This document shows, in pieces, positions 41,691 to 54,885 of a DNA stretch of 64,000 bases. The position numbers and the translations under genes are program-made. Within the stretch, counting starts at the first letter, position 1. Each line of letters starts with the position of its first letter. Source of the DNA: Eledone cirrhosa. Its lineage: Eukaryota. A model generated the notes under the pieces. The model had not been told where the DNA came from. It saw nothing but the letters and a program-made list of their open reading frames with translations, and did no database searches. The stretch lies in NCBI GenBank assembly GCA_964016885.1, contig OZ024740.1:221154001-221218000 (forward strand). The letters run 5' to 3'.

Positions 41691-42278
41691 CATTTATATA
41701 TATAAACATATCTTATCTGCATATTTCTCTGTAGTTTGGAAATGAACAGTTTGACTTTAATTTTATGAAGATCTTCATCAGAATCTATCTACATCTTTTC
41801 ACAATCCACAACAAATTATGCAATCAAAGGTTTCATATACTCATCATATATGGCAGAACCAGATAATTGGACCTACTAATTAGAATAATTTTAATGCTTA
41901 TGGTGGTAATTAATTCAGTTACATATTAGAATGTGGACCTAGCAGCTGAATAATATTATAAATTCATATCTGTACAAAGAGTAGTAGTTTTTAACTGAAG
42001 TTGAGAGAACTATATATATATATACAATATGTTGAAAAGGTAACACACTAATTAACACATTTATTTATCGTGATATTTACCTCCTTATAACAGTCTTTCC
42101 TCTCTCTCTCTGTTTAGTTGAGCACACTTCTCTGGGTGGTTTTGGGCTGCCCTCTCTAGCAGCTCGTCCCTCAGACACCACTGGTTCACTGCCTTAAACA
42201 CGCAGTGACTTCTCTCTCTCATGTGTAACTGGACAGTCGCTTTAAATTCTCTTAGAGTTGTCTGAAATGTATAGCCTT

Positions 42279-42361
42279 ACACACGCTGATGAACCATGGG
42301 CTATTTCATTTCTGTCAACAACTTATTGGCGAAACAGATCTCTTTGGATTTGTACGTGTGT
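42279..42361 (+). ncRNA. Type I hammerhead ribozyme
   Basis: ACACACG-CUGAUGA-ACCA..UGGC-GAAA-CAGAUC UCUUUG GAUUUG-UA-CGUGUGU. Confidence 0.75.
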
Positions 42362-42608
42362 GTTATATAGTTATAGAGGTATGTATTTACACTTTAATTG
42401 ATATTTTTAATTATCGTGTGTCTACCCTGCCTTTTATAGGTTATAGATTCCATACACTGGTGGTTTTCCCTGTTTTATTGATGGCGCACTATCTCTCTCT
42501 AGTGTGTTACCTTTTCAACATATTGTATTTTAAAGAGCTCAGGATTCCTTCTCCTTTGAGCACATTATTGACAGGGAATAGCGAGAGTCTATGGCTCCGT
42601 TAATCTAT

Positions 42609-42724
<116 letters not shown>

Positions 42725-42758
42725 TAAGAACAGAAGATGGTTAAAGGAGTTCCATGTA

Positions 42759-42825
42759 TTTTATTATGCGCATTTCAAAAACAAATATCATCATGCAATA
42801 ATATTTGTGTTTTCATCAGATAAAA
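42759..42825 (-). ncRNA. Type I hammerhead ribozyme
   Basis: UUUUAU-CUGAUGA-AAAC ACAAAUAU..AUAUUUGU UUUU-GAAA-UGCGCA-UA-AUAAAA. Confidence 0.75.
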
Positions 42826-42826
42826 C

Positions 42827-42941
42827 AGGAGGACATGATATGAAGGCTAAAAAACACTTGTGGATAGTGCAGTTTTAAATCAACATGTTGATTTAAAACT
42901 GCACTATCCACAAGTGTTTTTTAGCCTTCATATCATGTCCT

Positions 42942-42944
<3 letters not shown>
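42827..42944. repeat. Perfect 118-bp palindrome with no spacer
   Basis: 59-bp arms checked base by base, centred on CAACA|TGTTG. Confidence 0.95.
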
Positions 42945-42987
<43 letters not shown>

Positions 42988-43004
42988 TTACGGGCGAAAG
43001 AGGG

Positions 43005-43078
43005 TAATATCCATCGTCAGTTGTCTGCTAGGAATCATAGCTATTTCTTCGCGTTAGAGACAAGATACCTCAGCCTAG
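43005..43078 (-). ncRNA. Candidate pseudoknotted, kink-turn-containing hammerhead variant, family 1 (partial duplicate at ~43570-43634)
   Basis: CUAGG-CUGA-GGUA-UC-UUGUCU-CUAACGCGAA-GAAA-UA(G/C)C-UAU-GA-UU-CCUAG-C-AGACAA-CUGACGA. Confidence 0.5.
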
Positions 43079-43128
43079 GGTGAACAATAACTAAAATAAG
43101 TTATTGGGATAAAAAAAAGGGGGGGGGG

Positions 43129-44032
43129 ATGTAAACAAACACGAAGGGTGAAGCAACGTAAATAGAGTAAAAATAGGAAACATATCAAGTCAACAATTCA
43201 TTTCGAACGTAAGATCTGGCGAGTTTGACGTCTTCACTGTAGCCGTGTTAGCGAGAGAAAAGACTGCTTACATTGGCGGACGAGGGAGGAAGCGAGCTAG
43301 CGGAGAGAGGGTGACTAGCAGAGAGGGACGGAGTGAAAGTAAGAGAAAGCGAGAAAGAGATAGCTATAGTGGCAGGCTAGCCGACAGAAGGTGACTGACT
43401 GGCAGAGGAGGTGAGCGAAAGTAAGAGAGAGAAGGAGAGAGAAGGGGGAGAGATGGGATAGCAACAAAGGGAGAGAAAAGAGACTGGTCACAGCGGAGAT
43501 GGAAGCTTATGTGAATGAAATGGCGAGCTGTGTGGTTGCATTTAAGTATAATGAAAAATAAAAGTTACGGATAATATCCGACGTCAGTTTTCTGCTAGGA
43601 ATCATAGGTATTTCTTCACGTTAGAGACAAGATGCAACCACACAGCGCGCCATTTTATTCATATAAGCTTCCTTCTCTGCTGTGATCAGTCTCTTTTCTC
43701 TCTCCTTGTTGCTATCCTCTCTCTCTCCCTCTTCTCCCTCTTACTTTCGCTCATCCCCTCTACTAGTCACCTTCTCTCGGCTAGCCAGCCACTATAGCTA
43801 TCTATTTCTCGCTTCTTCTTACTTTCACTCCGTCCCTCTCTGCTAGTCACCCTCTCTCCGCTAGCTCGCTTCCTCCCTCGTCCGCCATTGTAAGCAGTCT
43901 TTTCTCTCGCTAACACGGCTACAGTGAAGACGGCAAACTCGCCAGATCTTACGTTCGAAATGAGTTGTTGACTTGATATTTTTCCTATTTTTCCTCTATA
44001 AACGTTGCTTCACCCTTCGTGTTTGTTTACAT
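43129..44032. repeat. ~400-bp imperfect inverted repeat (43129-43541 / 43632-44032)
   Basis: Purine-rich left arm is the reverse complement of the pyrimidine-rich right arm. Confidence 0.9.
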
Positions 44033-44102
44033 TTTTTTCTTCAGGTAAAGGAAATAAATAAATATTCTTAAAAAGGCCCGAGTTGCATTTTCGATTTCTT
44101 TT

Positions 44103-44184
<82 letters not shown>

Positions 44185-44321
44185 AGTACAGAATTAGCCG
44201 TCGAAACGGCTTGAGCTCAGCCGTCGGGGTCTTACTTACTCCTATTACCCACTCTACTACCCTAAGTATTGAGTACTTTGGTGCGTTATGGTCCACCTGG
44301 TTCCTTACCACTTTCCCCTCG

Positions 44322-44407
<86 letters not shown>

Positions 44408-44411
<4 letters not shown>

Positions 44412-46212
44412 CGTTTCTGAATTTGTTTAGCAAGATTCTTTATCTGAAAACGTGTGTTGAAACCGATATTGTTATACTTGGGGGGGGTCATGTTGCCAAT
44501 AAGAAACACACGCACCAGTTGCTTTAACTTCAATTTATTATAAATTAAATTCATAAATTTAGGAATTTATAAATTTCCGGTTGGTTGGTTGATTCCACAA
44601 CCAGACGATTGTTCATATATTGTCAAAGTTCTTTCGTCACACATTCTGTGACCTCTTCAGTGACTGGGGATTCTTTTCTTTGTTTTTTGTGCCTCTCCTT
44701 TGTTCTGTCCTACACCATATTGTTTTTGTGTGTGTGTTGTGTGCTTAGTTTTCGCATGTGTTACATCCGGGTGTCTGTGTGTTTATATTTATTTATTTAT
44801 TTGTTTATTTACATGTTACTGGTTGGTTGTTTGTTCTATGTGTGTGTGTGTTTTCATTTTGTCCTTAATTGTAAGTTGTGATGTTGCTATTCCATTCATG
44901 CTTTCTATTTAATTTGGTTGGAGTTCATTTATGTTTATTGCCTCTGTGATTTGTCTAAACATTTGCGTCTTTTCTGTGTGTAGATTCTATTTTTATTTCT
45001 ATGTTCTTTAATTTACCCTTATGTTCTATTTTAGCATGTTGGTGGAGTACAGATGATTCTTTACTATCTTGAAGCTCTCGCCAGTGTTCATTTATCCGTT
45101 CCCCTATACTACGAGCTGTCTCACTTATGTACACAATATTCTTATCTCTACATTGTCCTTCAGTATATCTTATGCTATATACTACATTTATAGTTTTACA
45201 GTTAATATGGGGGCTTAGTTTAGAGATTATACATTTCTTATCTATACAGGGAGGTCTTTGAAAAGGGTATGTATTGCTAATAAGTGTTTTTATGGAGGTA
45301 CCTGGTCTTTCTACTATCTTAATATTGAGTTTATGTTTATCTAGGGCCCTTCTGAATTTGTAAGCTAATTCACCTCTAGGGGTTGTATTGATGAACATTA
45401 CACTCTGGTATTTATTGCTATCATACCATGAGTTTATTCTATTAACCTTATTCCTAGTTCTTTCTATTCTATTCCAAAATGTGCTCCTATACAAGGGGCA
45501 GGTCCCATTTGTATCATTATTTACCATTTTTTCCCATTTGGTTCTGGCTCCTCTATATACTCTGATTTTATCTCTCTGATTGTAACCAGCGAACTGCATA
45601 CGGTGGATGAAGTGTTGTATGTGTCTCTCTAGTTCTTTGGGGTTGCACATGCGGGACACGTTTCTCATCACCCGTACCAAATCCGCAATCAGTATGTTGA
45701 TTTTGGTGTGGTCCGAGACAGCTGAGTTTCGGTGGATCAGATATTTAGAAGTCATGGGTTTGGCATAATGGGAATGGAGGATATGTTTTTTGTTATTGAT
45801 AGTATCTAACCAGAGCTCTGTGTCTAGTACAGATAATCGATGGTTGGGGTGTTTGCTTGGGTAGTCTATAGTAACTCTAATACTCTGGTGGATGGAGTTA
45901 GCTATTTGCTATTTGCTATTTGCTATTTGCGCAAACTAATCACACAACACACACAAAAACAAGATGGCGTAGGACAGAACAAAGGAGAGGCACAAAAACA
46001 AAGAAAAGAATCTCCAGTCACTGAAGAGGTCACAGAATGTGTGACGAAAGAACTTTGACAATATATGAACAATCGTCTGGTTGTGGAACCAACCAACCAA
46101 CCGGAAATTTATAAATTCCTAAATTTATAAATTTAATTTATAATAAATTGGAGTGAAAGCAACTGGTGCGTGTGTTTCTTATTGGCAACATGACTCTCCC
46201 AAAGTATAACAA
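44408..46212 (-). mobile_element. Penelope-like element, 5'-truncated, with an inverted pseudo-LTR (45930-46212)
   Basis: ORF 44955-45755 encodes the RT thumb, a Cys-rich linker and a GIY-YIG EN (VVYSIRY..VYISETARSIGERINEH..HAKIEH); inserted in (TA)n. Confidence 0.9.
46017..46059 (+). ncRNA. PLE pseudo-LTR minimal hammerhead (copies at 44622-44664, 56679-56721 and 60512-60554 on minus; diverged 59586-59628 and 59708-59750)
   Basis: GUCA-CUGAAGA-G GUCACA GAAUG UGUGAC-GAAA-GAAC-UU-UGAC. Confidence 0.85.
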
Positions 46213-49200
46213 TATATATATATACATATATAGACATTCAGGTAATAAAATATATTTTATTATATATATTTCAATATATGCCAAAAGGAAATGGAAACAA
46301 CAGAGCAAACAAAATGAAGAAACATACTAGTTTAACGCTTGATATAGTAGGAAAAGAGTCTGTATGTTTCGGACACTAGTCCTTCACCAGAAGATAGAAG
46401 GAGAAATAAAAGATGAATTAAAAAGATAAAGAGTTAGAAACGGCTGAAACGGAAAAAGAAATTAATGAAATACAACCACACACAAGTGAAAGAAGAATAA
46501 TACCTGATTCATTGTAAATTCACCATGAATGGTTAAAGAGTTCGCTTCACAAACATTAGGTTACCTCTCATATTTGCGGAGTGGATAACATGAAATACCA
46601 GTCAGATACTGGGCCTGATTTAATCGACTAACCTCTAACCTCAAACTTCTGAGCTTGTGCCTATGTTAGTAACAATTCAGGAAAACTAAGTTAAACATTA
46701 TTTAAAAGTGTCAACATTTCCAAAAGCGCTAACCTACTGAGAAACATAATGTCTTTGGTTCGATGTGGAAAGTCAATCAGAAGAACGTGCTCAATCCTCC
46801 AGACCGAACCTAATCAAACTATAAAGTATAGTTAATACAAAGTATTGTGAGAAATGTAATAAAAGACCAATAAGTTTGAAAAAGCCGTTGAAATATACTG
46901 GGCAAAACCTTACTTTATTTTGTTTTATTTGTCATCATTTGCCTTTCGTATTTTTCTACCGCATTGTACCGGCCTTTTGAAACTAATCGGTATTTTATTA
47001 CAATTAAACTATGTTTCCAATGGGTCTCTGGTCGTAGTAGGATTAAGAGCAACGTCCTTTAACCTTCTTTATACTGTTTGGGAATGTTATGGATACAATT
47101 ACAATGCTGTTGTTCCTAATCAAAAAGAAATCAACATCCCATTTATCTATGTAGATAAATAGACCCAAATGATTAATGCTTCCTACTCAAAATTGTCCAG
47201 AATTAGCTGATTAATCTCGGATCACCGATCTCATATTTTATATTTGGTGCTCATATTTTAACATCTAAATCAAACAAGCTAATCATACGACATGTATATA
47301 AATTAGCCACTGTTGTTTTAACAACAGTACATGACCGCATCTTTATCGTTCAACTCAACAAATGATCATATGGAAATTGTTTCAAAGAACCAACAACACA
47401 CACACACACGTTCTTTCTCTCTCTCGCACACAAATTCCCCCCCCCCCCCACACACAAAACAAACAAACGCACACAGAGATGCACGCACACAAGCAGAAAA
47501 GTCATACAAACATACATACGTACATAAATACATATATACATACATATGATATTCTCTTTAATATTCGCCAATCAGATTATTGTCTATGTATAACAGCTTG
47601 TCGAAGTAAAATTGAAATGACATTCCCGCCAATATGTCTCTTTTACGCCCAACATCAGATACAATCTATATTAAGACAAAATTCATTTCAAATTAGCGTG
47701 TTCTATTCTGAACTATTGATTTATTTTGACTAAACACAATGTCTAATGTGTATACTAGGAGGGAGAAAAGGGGTGTTATATACTTTATACTTTACTCAAG
47801 AGCACTAGTTCTCATTGTTAAACCCCAGGCAAAACCTGACCTGTCAAACATTATAATAATTGATGCTCTGTTTATAGCTATGAAGTTGTTTTTGTAAATA
47901 CATTTCATATAAGAACATATTCTCCAATGTGTTAGAATTGGCTGTTGTGTTTAATTATACGAAAAAACGTACAGAGGTCTCCATTTATGGCATGCTATTT
48001 CTTCAAGATCTATCCATACTTGGCTCACTTCAGCTAGTCTCATATATTATAGAGCGCCTACTAGATTCATATCTTAAATTCTAATTTACTTTCTAAAGTT
48101 CAACGCCAATTTGTTTATGGAAGGAGTAAAGCTGACTGAATCGTTTTAGACTTATTGAGGTCTATCGATTGTGGAAGGGTGAAAAGCAAAATGAAATCCC
48201 AAGGAAGATTTTAATTCGAATAAGAGGGATGAAAAATAAACAAATCAATACACTTAGACTGGTGCTTTACTGTCTCGACAATCTTCTGAAATAATAATAT
48301 ATGAAATAGAGATCCCCTACCATAATAACCATTATTCGTTTCTAGATAATTCACAAATTGCTCAGTGTAGTAATGTCTATACATTTTCATACTTCTTAGT
48401 CAACACTGAAACTGTGCAAGTGAATATTTATCTAAATAGAAAGTACTGTTGATTTTAGCTCTAGTAACTTTCTGCTTACAGTCAATATTACAAATGCTGA
48501 TAAAACCAAGTCACGGTTGATCTTCAAATAGCACATTTTATTCTACTAAATTTCTCTTGTAATAGCAAATACTATGATAGATGATTTATTTGAAAAAATA
48601 ATATAACATTTTCTAAAGAAATTGAACATAAACAACAGTATGTATTTCTTGTATTAATTGAATATTTTCCAATATCAAAATGTTCTCTTCATCACATTAT
48701 ATAAATAACAAAGCGAATACGTTGCTTTTTTTTTGTTTCCACATTTCCGTAACTGTTATTGCTTTTGTTGTTGTAGTTAGTACTTTTGTTTTACGTTAGT
48801 TTCTTCACCAGCCTTTATATAACAAGCGAAAAAGTGTGTCTGTATTCAAACAACGTTGTCATTTTTCAACGTATCTACTTAAAGCTTGCATTCATACTTA
48901 TCCCTCAATAATCCATGAACCAAAAACTTTCGACTACCAACGCCGCTGGAGTATTAAGTGCAAATTATAGAAAAGTGGTGTAAAAAGATTGTAAGTTCTA
49001 ATGGAGTGGCATTGGGATAATTTGGAAGGAATAAAATATCCGTTCTGAAATAGAACAAAAGTAAGATGTTTTTGTGATATTTTTGTTCCAAAATAGAACT
49101 GTTATCTTTCTCTTACAATTACTAAATTCTTTATTTCACATTGACTCCCCCCCCTCTCTCTCTCTCTCTCGTTATGTCTGATCTCACCCATTCTTTCTTT

Positions 49201-49949
49201 CTACCACCAAACAACATTACCAATCTAATGTATGTGTATATCAACAGCTGCTATGACAACCATGTCGTTTCCTTGGCTGCAATTTGTTATCCATTTTGAA
49301 AAATTAGAGACATTGCATTGTTGCTGTTTCATTTAGAAGCAAACTTAGTGGTTGAGGAAAAATTTTGAACACAATAAAAATAATAAATTTTAACACCTCG
49401 GGGTACAACTGATGACGTCAGCACCATTTTATAATGCAGAAATGTATGTCTATCAATGGTCTGTACTTGTGCCAAATTTCATTGTCATTGCATTCGTGGT
49501 TCTGAAATAAAGCAAGGGAGGGCTCTGAGACACACCCAGCCTACCCCCGGGCTTACGGAGCTTCTAAAACCCCCAGGTTCTAGAGGGTTACGTAATGTAG
49601 TAAACAAATTTGATACAACGACTGAATCCTGCTTCTACTAAACACCGATATTCTGATCTCGAATTTACCTCAACGTACTTGAAATTGTTGCACTGTTCAA
49701 CAAGCTCCACTCCCTACCAAAACAACAACAACAACAACAACAACAACAGCTCAAGATTCCAGCAACTAGTAGCATAAACACCAGTTTCATTTCATGCTTC
49801 ACTACAGAGAGGCGTGCCTCCTAGCTCAGTGCATAATGAAAAATGATTTAAAGAATTCCCTTACATTTAACTTAGTTTTTGACGAATCAACATACATACA
49901 GAACAATCTACAACTGTCAGTAATTGTTTGTTATGTTTCCTTTGAAAAA

Positions 49950-50445
49950 GAAAAGATGTCTGAGTGGTATTAAAAGAAACAAGTCTGGTGATGACATTAA
50001 AATGCGTTTGAGAGTAGAAACCCCTTAAAATACATAAGTTCCACTGAAAAAACTCGTAGGTGTTGCAATAAATGGAACATCTAAAATGGTGGGGTGGGGG
50101 GGGGGGGAAACGAAGGATTAATTGTCCTTCTAAGAAATAACTCCATTTCTTAGAGACCTCCCCATGTTTTTTGCATTATTTATTGTGAATATCTAGCTAC
50201 CAGGTGTTCACGATGAATAATGAGGTATGAAGAGTCCTGAAAATGTGCTTGAAATTTTCAATTCGCTGAAACGGAAAGACTGGCCAACATTTCAGAACTT
50301 TTATTGAAGAGCTGGAGCTTGAAGATGAAAACAATGGTGTCTCTTTCTACGTCATTGTGAAACGACTGTCGTGGTAACCAGCAATGTCTTGTGTCTATTT
50401 GTGGAACTATTGGAACCTATCATTACTTTGCTTAAAGAAAATAAA
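49950..50445 (+). pseudogene. Highly degraded hAT (GTF2IRD2/SPIN-like) transposase fragment
   Basis: Broken frames give LVGVA..G..KMVG, CIIYCEYLA (HCIIH.E.LA-like), FIEELELED..VSFY..V and LFVELLEPIITLLKE. Confidence 0.55.
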
Positions 50446-51103
50446 AGATTCTATCTTCATCTATAAGACGATAAATAGATGCAGGATACGATGTAGCTTA
50501 CTGATATAAGGAATTATTTATGAAACCTCAACCGGGGAAAGGGTAAGATTATTTCTGATTTTACTTTGACAAATTTCAGATTTCCCAATATAATGGTTTC
50601 TGATTTAGGCTTGAGACTGGGGGAGGGAAAGTCGATTAAATCGGCCCCAGTGCGTTACTGGTACTTTATTTTATCGACCCCGTAAGAATGAAAGGTAAAG
50701 CTAACCTCGGCGGGATTTAAATTCAGAACATAAAGGGCCGTAACTATATGCAATGCATGTTGCCTGATACTCTACCTATACTGCTAACCCACTGCCAGAT
50801 TTCAGAATATAATATAAAATAATTTGTCAAAGAAAACGTAAAGAAGATAAAATTCCGTAGGGGCACCATATTCACATAAGGCGTTTCTAGGGCAAATTTT
50901 AAACCTGGTGGAGCCCATCTCCTCTCGAGGTCTGAACACAGTAAACTTTTTCCAGAGAAGGGTAGAGAGTGAGAGAATAGAAGTGGGAAAGAGATATAGA
51001 CGAAGAATCGACCACAGTACCAGACTGGTACTTTTTTTATCGACCTTGAGGCAAAATTGACTTCAGTGGGATTTGAACTCAACTCAGAGAGAGAAAGAGA
51101 AAG

Positions 51104-51182
<79 letters not shown>

Positions 51183-51659
51183 CGATAACCGCAAAACATT
51201 CTATCCAACGTTTTAACGACCCTGCCAATTCTCCGCTTTTTGTCGAAGAGACAATAAGATAAATATTGTCAAAGAAACTTTAGTCACTTTCCAAATCTCA
51301 GTAGAAGACAAAATAAATGTTTTGATATTGAAATACACAGCCCCCACCCATCCCGCAAAAAAGCAACAACAACCAACCAAACAAACAAAACAAAACACAA
51401 GCTGGAAGAATACAAAGATAAATTACATGGACTGTTTGATAATTATTTAGCCAGGCCTCGAACTTCCAAATGCAGAAGACCTACCCCATCATTCTTGTAA
51501 CCCCATTCATTGTTTATGTAGTCGTTGATAGCTGTTCCATTATCAAACTGCCGGTTACAGAATTATTTGCTGTGGAAATGAAAGTAATAAAATTACAGAA
51601 AGAAATACCAGCTTTTAAAAGGTGATCTATAAATTTAAGCCTACAACTAAGTTCTGGAA

Positions 51660-51960
51660 ATACAGGCTCCTCCTCCTCCTCCTCCTCCTCCTCCTCCTCA
51701 TCCTCTTTCTTCTTCTTCTTGGCCCACATATTCCCGAGAGGGTCATGGGGCAGAGTCCTCAAACATTCCTTCCAGCAGGTCCTGTGAGAAGCAACCGTTT
51801 TCAACTGATCCGGCTGGATCTCCAAGCATGACCAGCCAAGCTCATGGATGTTATCCAACCATCTTGTTCGGGGTCTACCCCTGGGTCTCTTGCCGGTTGG
51901 TTTTGCCCGTAAAATTTGTCCAGCGATTCTTTCCTGAGATATTCTAACCACATGCCCGTA
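51660..51960 (-). mobile_element. RTE-clade LINE 3' fragment with a (GAA/GAG)n tail
   Basis: GHVVRISQERIA..ILRAKPTGKRPRGRPRTRWLDNI. Confidence 0.8.
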
Positions 51961-52759
51961 GTATCGGAAATACGACCAAGAATCAAAATATTCAGAACTG
52001 AAAAAAAAAACAAAAAAAACAACAACTAGTGTACAGCACTGTTGTGAACCATTTTATTCTGTAATGAAGCTTGTTAAGTTGAAGCATCGTGCAATTCTTA
52101 CAAATAAACAATCCAATAAGATTATTCGAACAACTTTGACAAATCAGCCGTATTTTCATCGACGCATATTCAACAACTCTACTAGCAGTAAATAGTGGTT
52201 TTAATAGTCAGATAATTGTAGCATTGTTTGTTTGTGATAAAAATATTATGATGCGGCTGTAATCTTGTAAGATATCTAATTAAAATATCTTTAAGTCTAT
52301 TATTTTGCCTTTTTTCTTTTTATATATTTCCTTCCATGTTTTCACCAGATATTCACAATGAGAAATATATACATTAAAAATATTTCGGTTTTCTTCCCTT
52401 TAATTTTATTTTTGGCAGCCAAATTTTATGTTACTAAAATGTAAATCTACTAATTTTTCTTATATTTGTTGTCGGAGTTCATTACTGCATTAAATTCGCT
52501 CAATATAGTTAAAATAATCAATAATCAAAATTCTGAAAATATTTGGTACGTTGTGATTACCGAAACCAATACAAATTAGCAGTCTAAAAAAGTTTAAAAA
52601 AACAAAAACAAATGAAGAGTACACATATTAATAAATATTTTTGTATGCATGTATTTCTTCATGCTTATTAAACATTTTTGTTACAAAATCTTGTCTTGCA
52701 GCTCTCAAACATTATATGATTATATATATATATATGTATATATTATGTATGTATGTATG

Positions 52760-54768
52760 TGTATCTCTTTCTCTTAATTTCGAGTATATTTTTTTGACCG
52801 GCCACCTTCCTGGTGGCAAGGTTGTAAAAGAAAAGAAATTGTCATCCCTTGAATCGCAAGAATGTTTTGCAAATTTTGAAGGTGCCAGCTATCGCAGCCA
52901 TTTGTAGACTATGAATTAGGGAGCTGCGCTTTTTGTCCGCAAATCCAAGTTCAGTCATACTTTGGTCCAAGCGGGTTGGTATATAACCCGTAGCTCCAAT
53001 AATGATGGGTATGAAGCTAAAGGTGTATCTTGGATACTGGATTTGTAAACTCCTCATCAATGGTCCGTAGATATCCTCCTTCTCCTGTATTTTTCTGACA
53101 ACGTTTACATCAAGTGGGCAGCTGATCTCCACAACAAAACACGTTTTCAATGTGTGGTCCCAAACAACAATATCAGGCCGGTTGTGCTTTAATTTGGTGG
53201 CAGTTTTTATTTTCAGGTTCCACCAGTATTCCTTAGTGCCATCTGTCTCAATATATTCTTCCTCGTTTGTTGTTAATTTTGTTTTCCGAAGTGCGTTCCA
53301 GATGGTTCTAGCTATCCCATCGTGTCTCATGGGGAGGTAGTAGCGAGATGACATTCTTTCGCAGCTGGCAACAATGTGGCTTACATCCTCGATCTTTGTT
53401 TTAGATAGCCTACATTTATTGTCAGCTGCTGGCCCTCCTCTTTTGTGCAGCAGATATTCGGTAGGGAGTTCTTGTTCCTGTATTGCATAGAGATATCCCT
53501 CAAGGTGTGATGTCATAAACCTGTCGGAACTCCATGCCAGGCTTTTTGAGTGGTTTATCCCCTCTATGGTCTGTGTTTTACGCCTCAAGTATCCATGCAC
53601 AACTTTTTCTGTAAATTGGTCAATTTTTTAATCTTGTTTGAACATTGAATAGTATCTTCCGATTTCTCTGGGTGAGAGATTTATATCAGGCTTTATTCCA
53701 TATCTCTCCTCCAGATCAGTCGCTATTCTAATGATATTTTTTTTTTCATGCTCATAAACCTGGGCAAGATGGTTGCCAACCTTTTTCCTCTGTTGAAGGT
53801 GTTGCTTCAGTGTTACTATCTGGGGCTCATATGTTGTTAATATTGATTTTAGACCCCGGCCACCTTCCTTGCGTGAGAAGTATAGCCTATCCACATCACC
53901 ATTGATGTTAAAGTTCCCAGTAACACTGAGAAGTTTTCGAGTTCTAACATCCATTTCACTTAGTTCTTGCAATGACCAGTTCAGCAGGCCAAATGTTGGG
54001 GTTAGAAGTGGCACAGCATAAGTATTGTGGGCAATGTATTTGTTGTATGCTGACAGTTCTGATGACCATATTTTCTTTACTCATCTGAGGTATTCAGTTC
54101 TGGTTCTCTCCTTATTTATGGGTCCATCATATCTGATATTCTAATCCTGTCCAAGATATCTGTAGTTGTCACCTGACTGCAGAGGTTGTATTGTCAGGCC
54201 GTTCATCTCTAGATTTCTAGAGGAGGGCACAGCTCTTTCACGTTTTACTGCCAAATATGCACACTTGGACTCACCAATCATTTTGATGTCGGTTGAAAAT
54301 TGTGTAATGAGGTCCAATTTTTTCTTGATGTCATTGATATTTGGCCCATACAACTTCAGGTCATCAACAAAGAAAAGATGGGAGATACTTCTGGGCCCAC
54401 TTCTTTGTCCACCTTGTTTCCTGAGTAGGTAAGATAGTGGATTCAGTGAGAGAACGAAGAGTAGCACTGACAAGCTATCACCCTGAAAGATGCCCTTCTG
54501 GTAATGCATCTTATCAGTCTTAACTTGCTCCTTCTCACCTCTAAGGATCAAATTGGTGTACCAGTTCTTGGTCAGGCGTTCAACAGCAGCTACCAATGGT
54601 TGTGGGACTTTAGCTAACTGTAAAGCCTTAATAATCCACCCATGAGGTACACTATCAAATGCTTTTTGATAGTCCAGCCACACCACAGTCATGTTTCTGC
54701 GATTCTTTGTTGTTTTTTCCTGAATCATTTTGTTAGCTAGTAGGTGATCTATGCAACCCCACACCTCC
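52760..54768 (-). mobile_element. R4/Dong-like RLE non-LTR retrotransposon, 5'-truncated and disrupted
   Basis: RT motifs WLDYQKAFDSVPH, GIFQGDSLS and SHLFFVDDLKLY; degenerate CCHC, RHD and RPDIVVWD..VVEISCP..K..K..Y endonuclease; both ends in (TACA)n. Confidence 0.9.
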
Positions 54769-54885
54769 CTATGTATGTATGTATGTATGTATGTATGTAT
54801 GTATGTATGTATGTATGTATGTATGTATGTATGTATGATGTATGTATGTATGTATGTATGTATGTATGTATGTATGTATGTATGT

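Noticed and set aside
43028-43078. SECIS interpretation of the UGA/GA kink-turn
   Set aside because: The polarity is wrong: AUGA is on the 3' strand and the canonical stem, not the non-canonical stem, closes the loop. There is no associated UGA-containing ORF.
49390-49592. CTGATGA motif and piggyBac-like TTAAC...GGGTTA ends
   Set aside because: There is no GAAA/stem arrangement for a ribozyme, and the termini are too degenerate to call.
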